A stretch of 64,000 nt of DNA from Styela clava (Eukaryota), in NCBI RefSeq assembly GCF_964204865.1, contig NC_135260.1:6758001-6822000 (forward strand), written 5' to 3'. The position numbers and the translations under genes were made by a program. Below, piece after piece: positions 63,825-64,000 of this stretch (within the stretch, counting starts at the first letter, position 1; every line of letters starts with the position of its first letter). Below the pieces are notes generated by a model that was not told where the DNA came from, ran no database searches, and worked only from the letters and a program-made list of their open reading frames with translations.

Positions 63825-64000
63825 GTTAGTTTTCGGAAGTTTATCGTATGCTTTTAAACAAAGATGACGCTAAAAAAAATCTTTTTCAAGATCAAATAAA
63901 TTCATTTGGTAAATAAATTAAATTTATGTGTATTTATAAACTGAATATACAAAACTTAAATTTTTAATCTACCGATTTATTTTGCTGTGTTTGCTGTTAA

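Overview
This is AT-rich eukaryotic genomic DNA with short GT-AG introns and chordate-like proteins. An ascidian/tunicate is the best guess, but that is inference. There are five parts. (1) 0.6-8.2 kb: four co-oriented minus-strand genes, VPS26 -> BTB-BACK-Kelch -> SDHC -> TRAPPC5. The first three have intronless CDSs, and each gene has an AG acceptor just upstream of its ATG. (2) ~10.65-41.78 kb: a head-to-tail tandem duplication with a junction at ~25450. Each unit carries an intact 14-exon gene that I reconstructed by hand. It encodes a ~532-aa protein with signal peptide, FN2, LCCL, YWTD beta-propeller, EGF and an acidic tail ending YEDL, with no transmembrane segment. (3) Intronless ANAPC4 at 43.9-46.2 kb. 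(4) A head-to-head inverted pair of CYP3-clan P450 genes, one complete and one running off the window. The complete copy has I-helix AGFENT, with Asn in place of the conserved Thr. A decayed Academ transposon sits between the two genes. (5) Many MITEs (hAT-, Merlin- and pogo/Tc1-like) and a tRNA-derived SINE family. Aligning the two CYP 5' regions shows stacked TA-(CCGG/CCAG/GTC)-TA micro-insertions that look like serial Tc1/mariner excision footprints at promoters. No rRNA, true tRNA or CRISPR array was seen. All exon structures were derived by eye and need RNA-seq confirmation.
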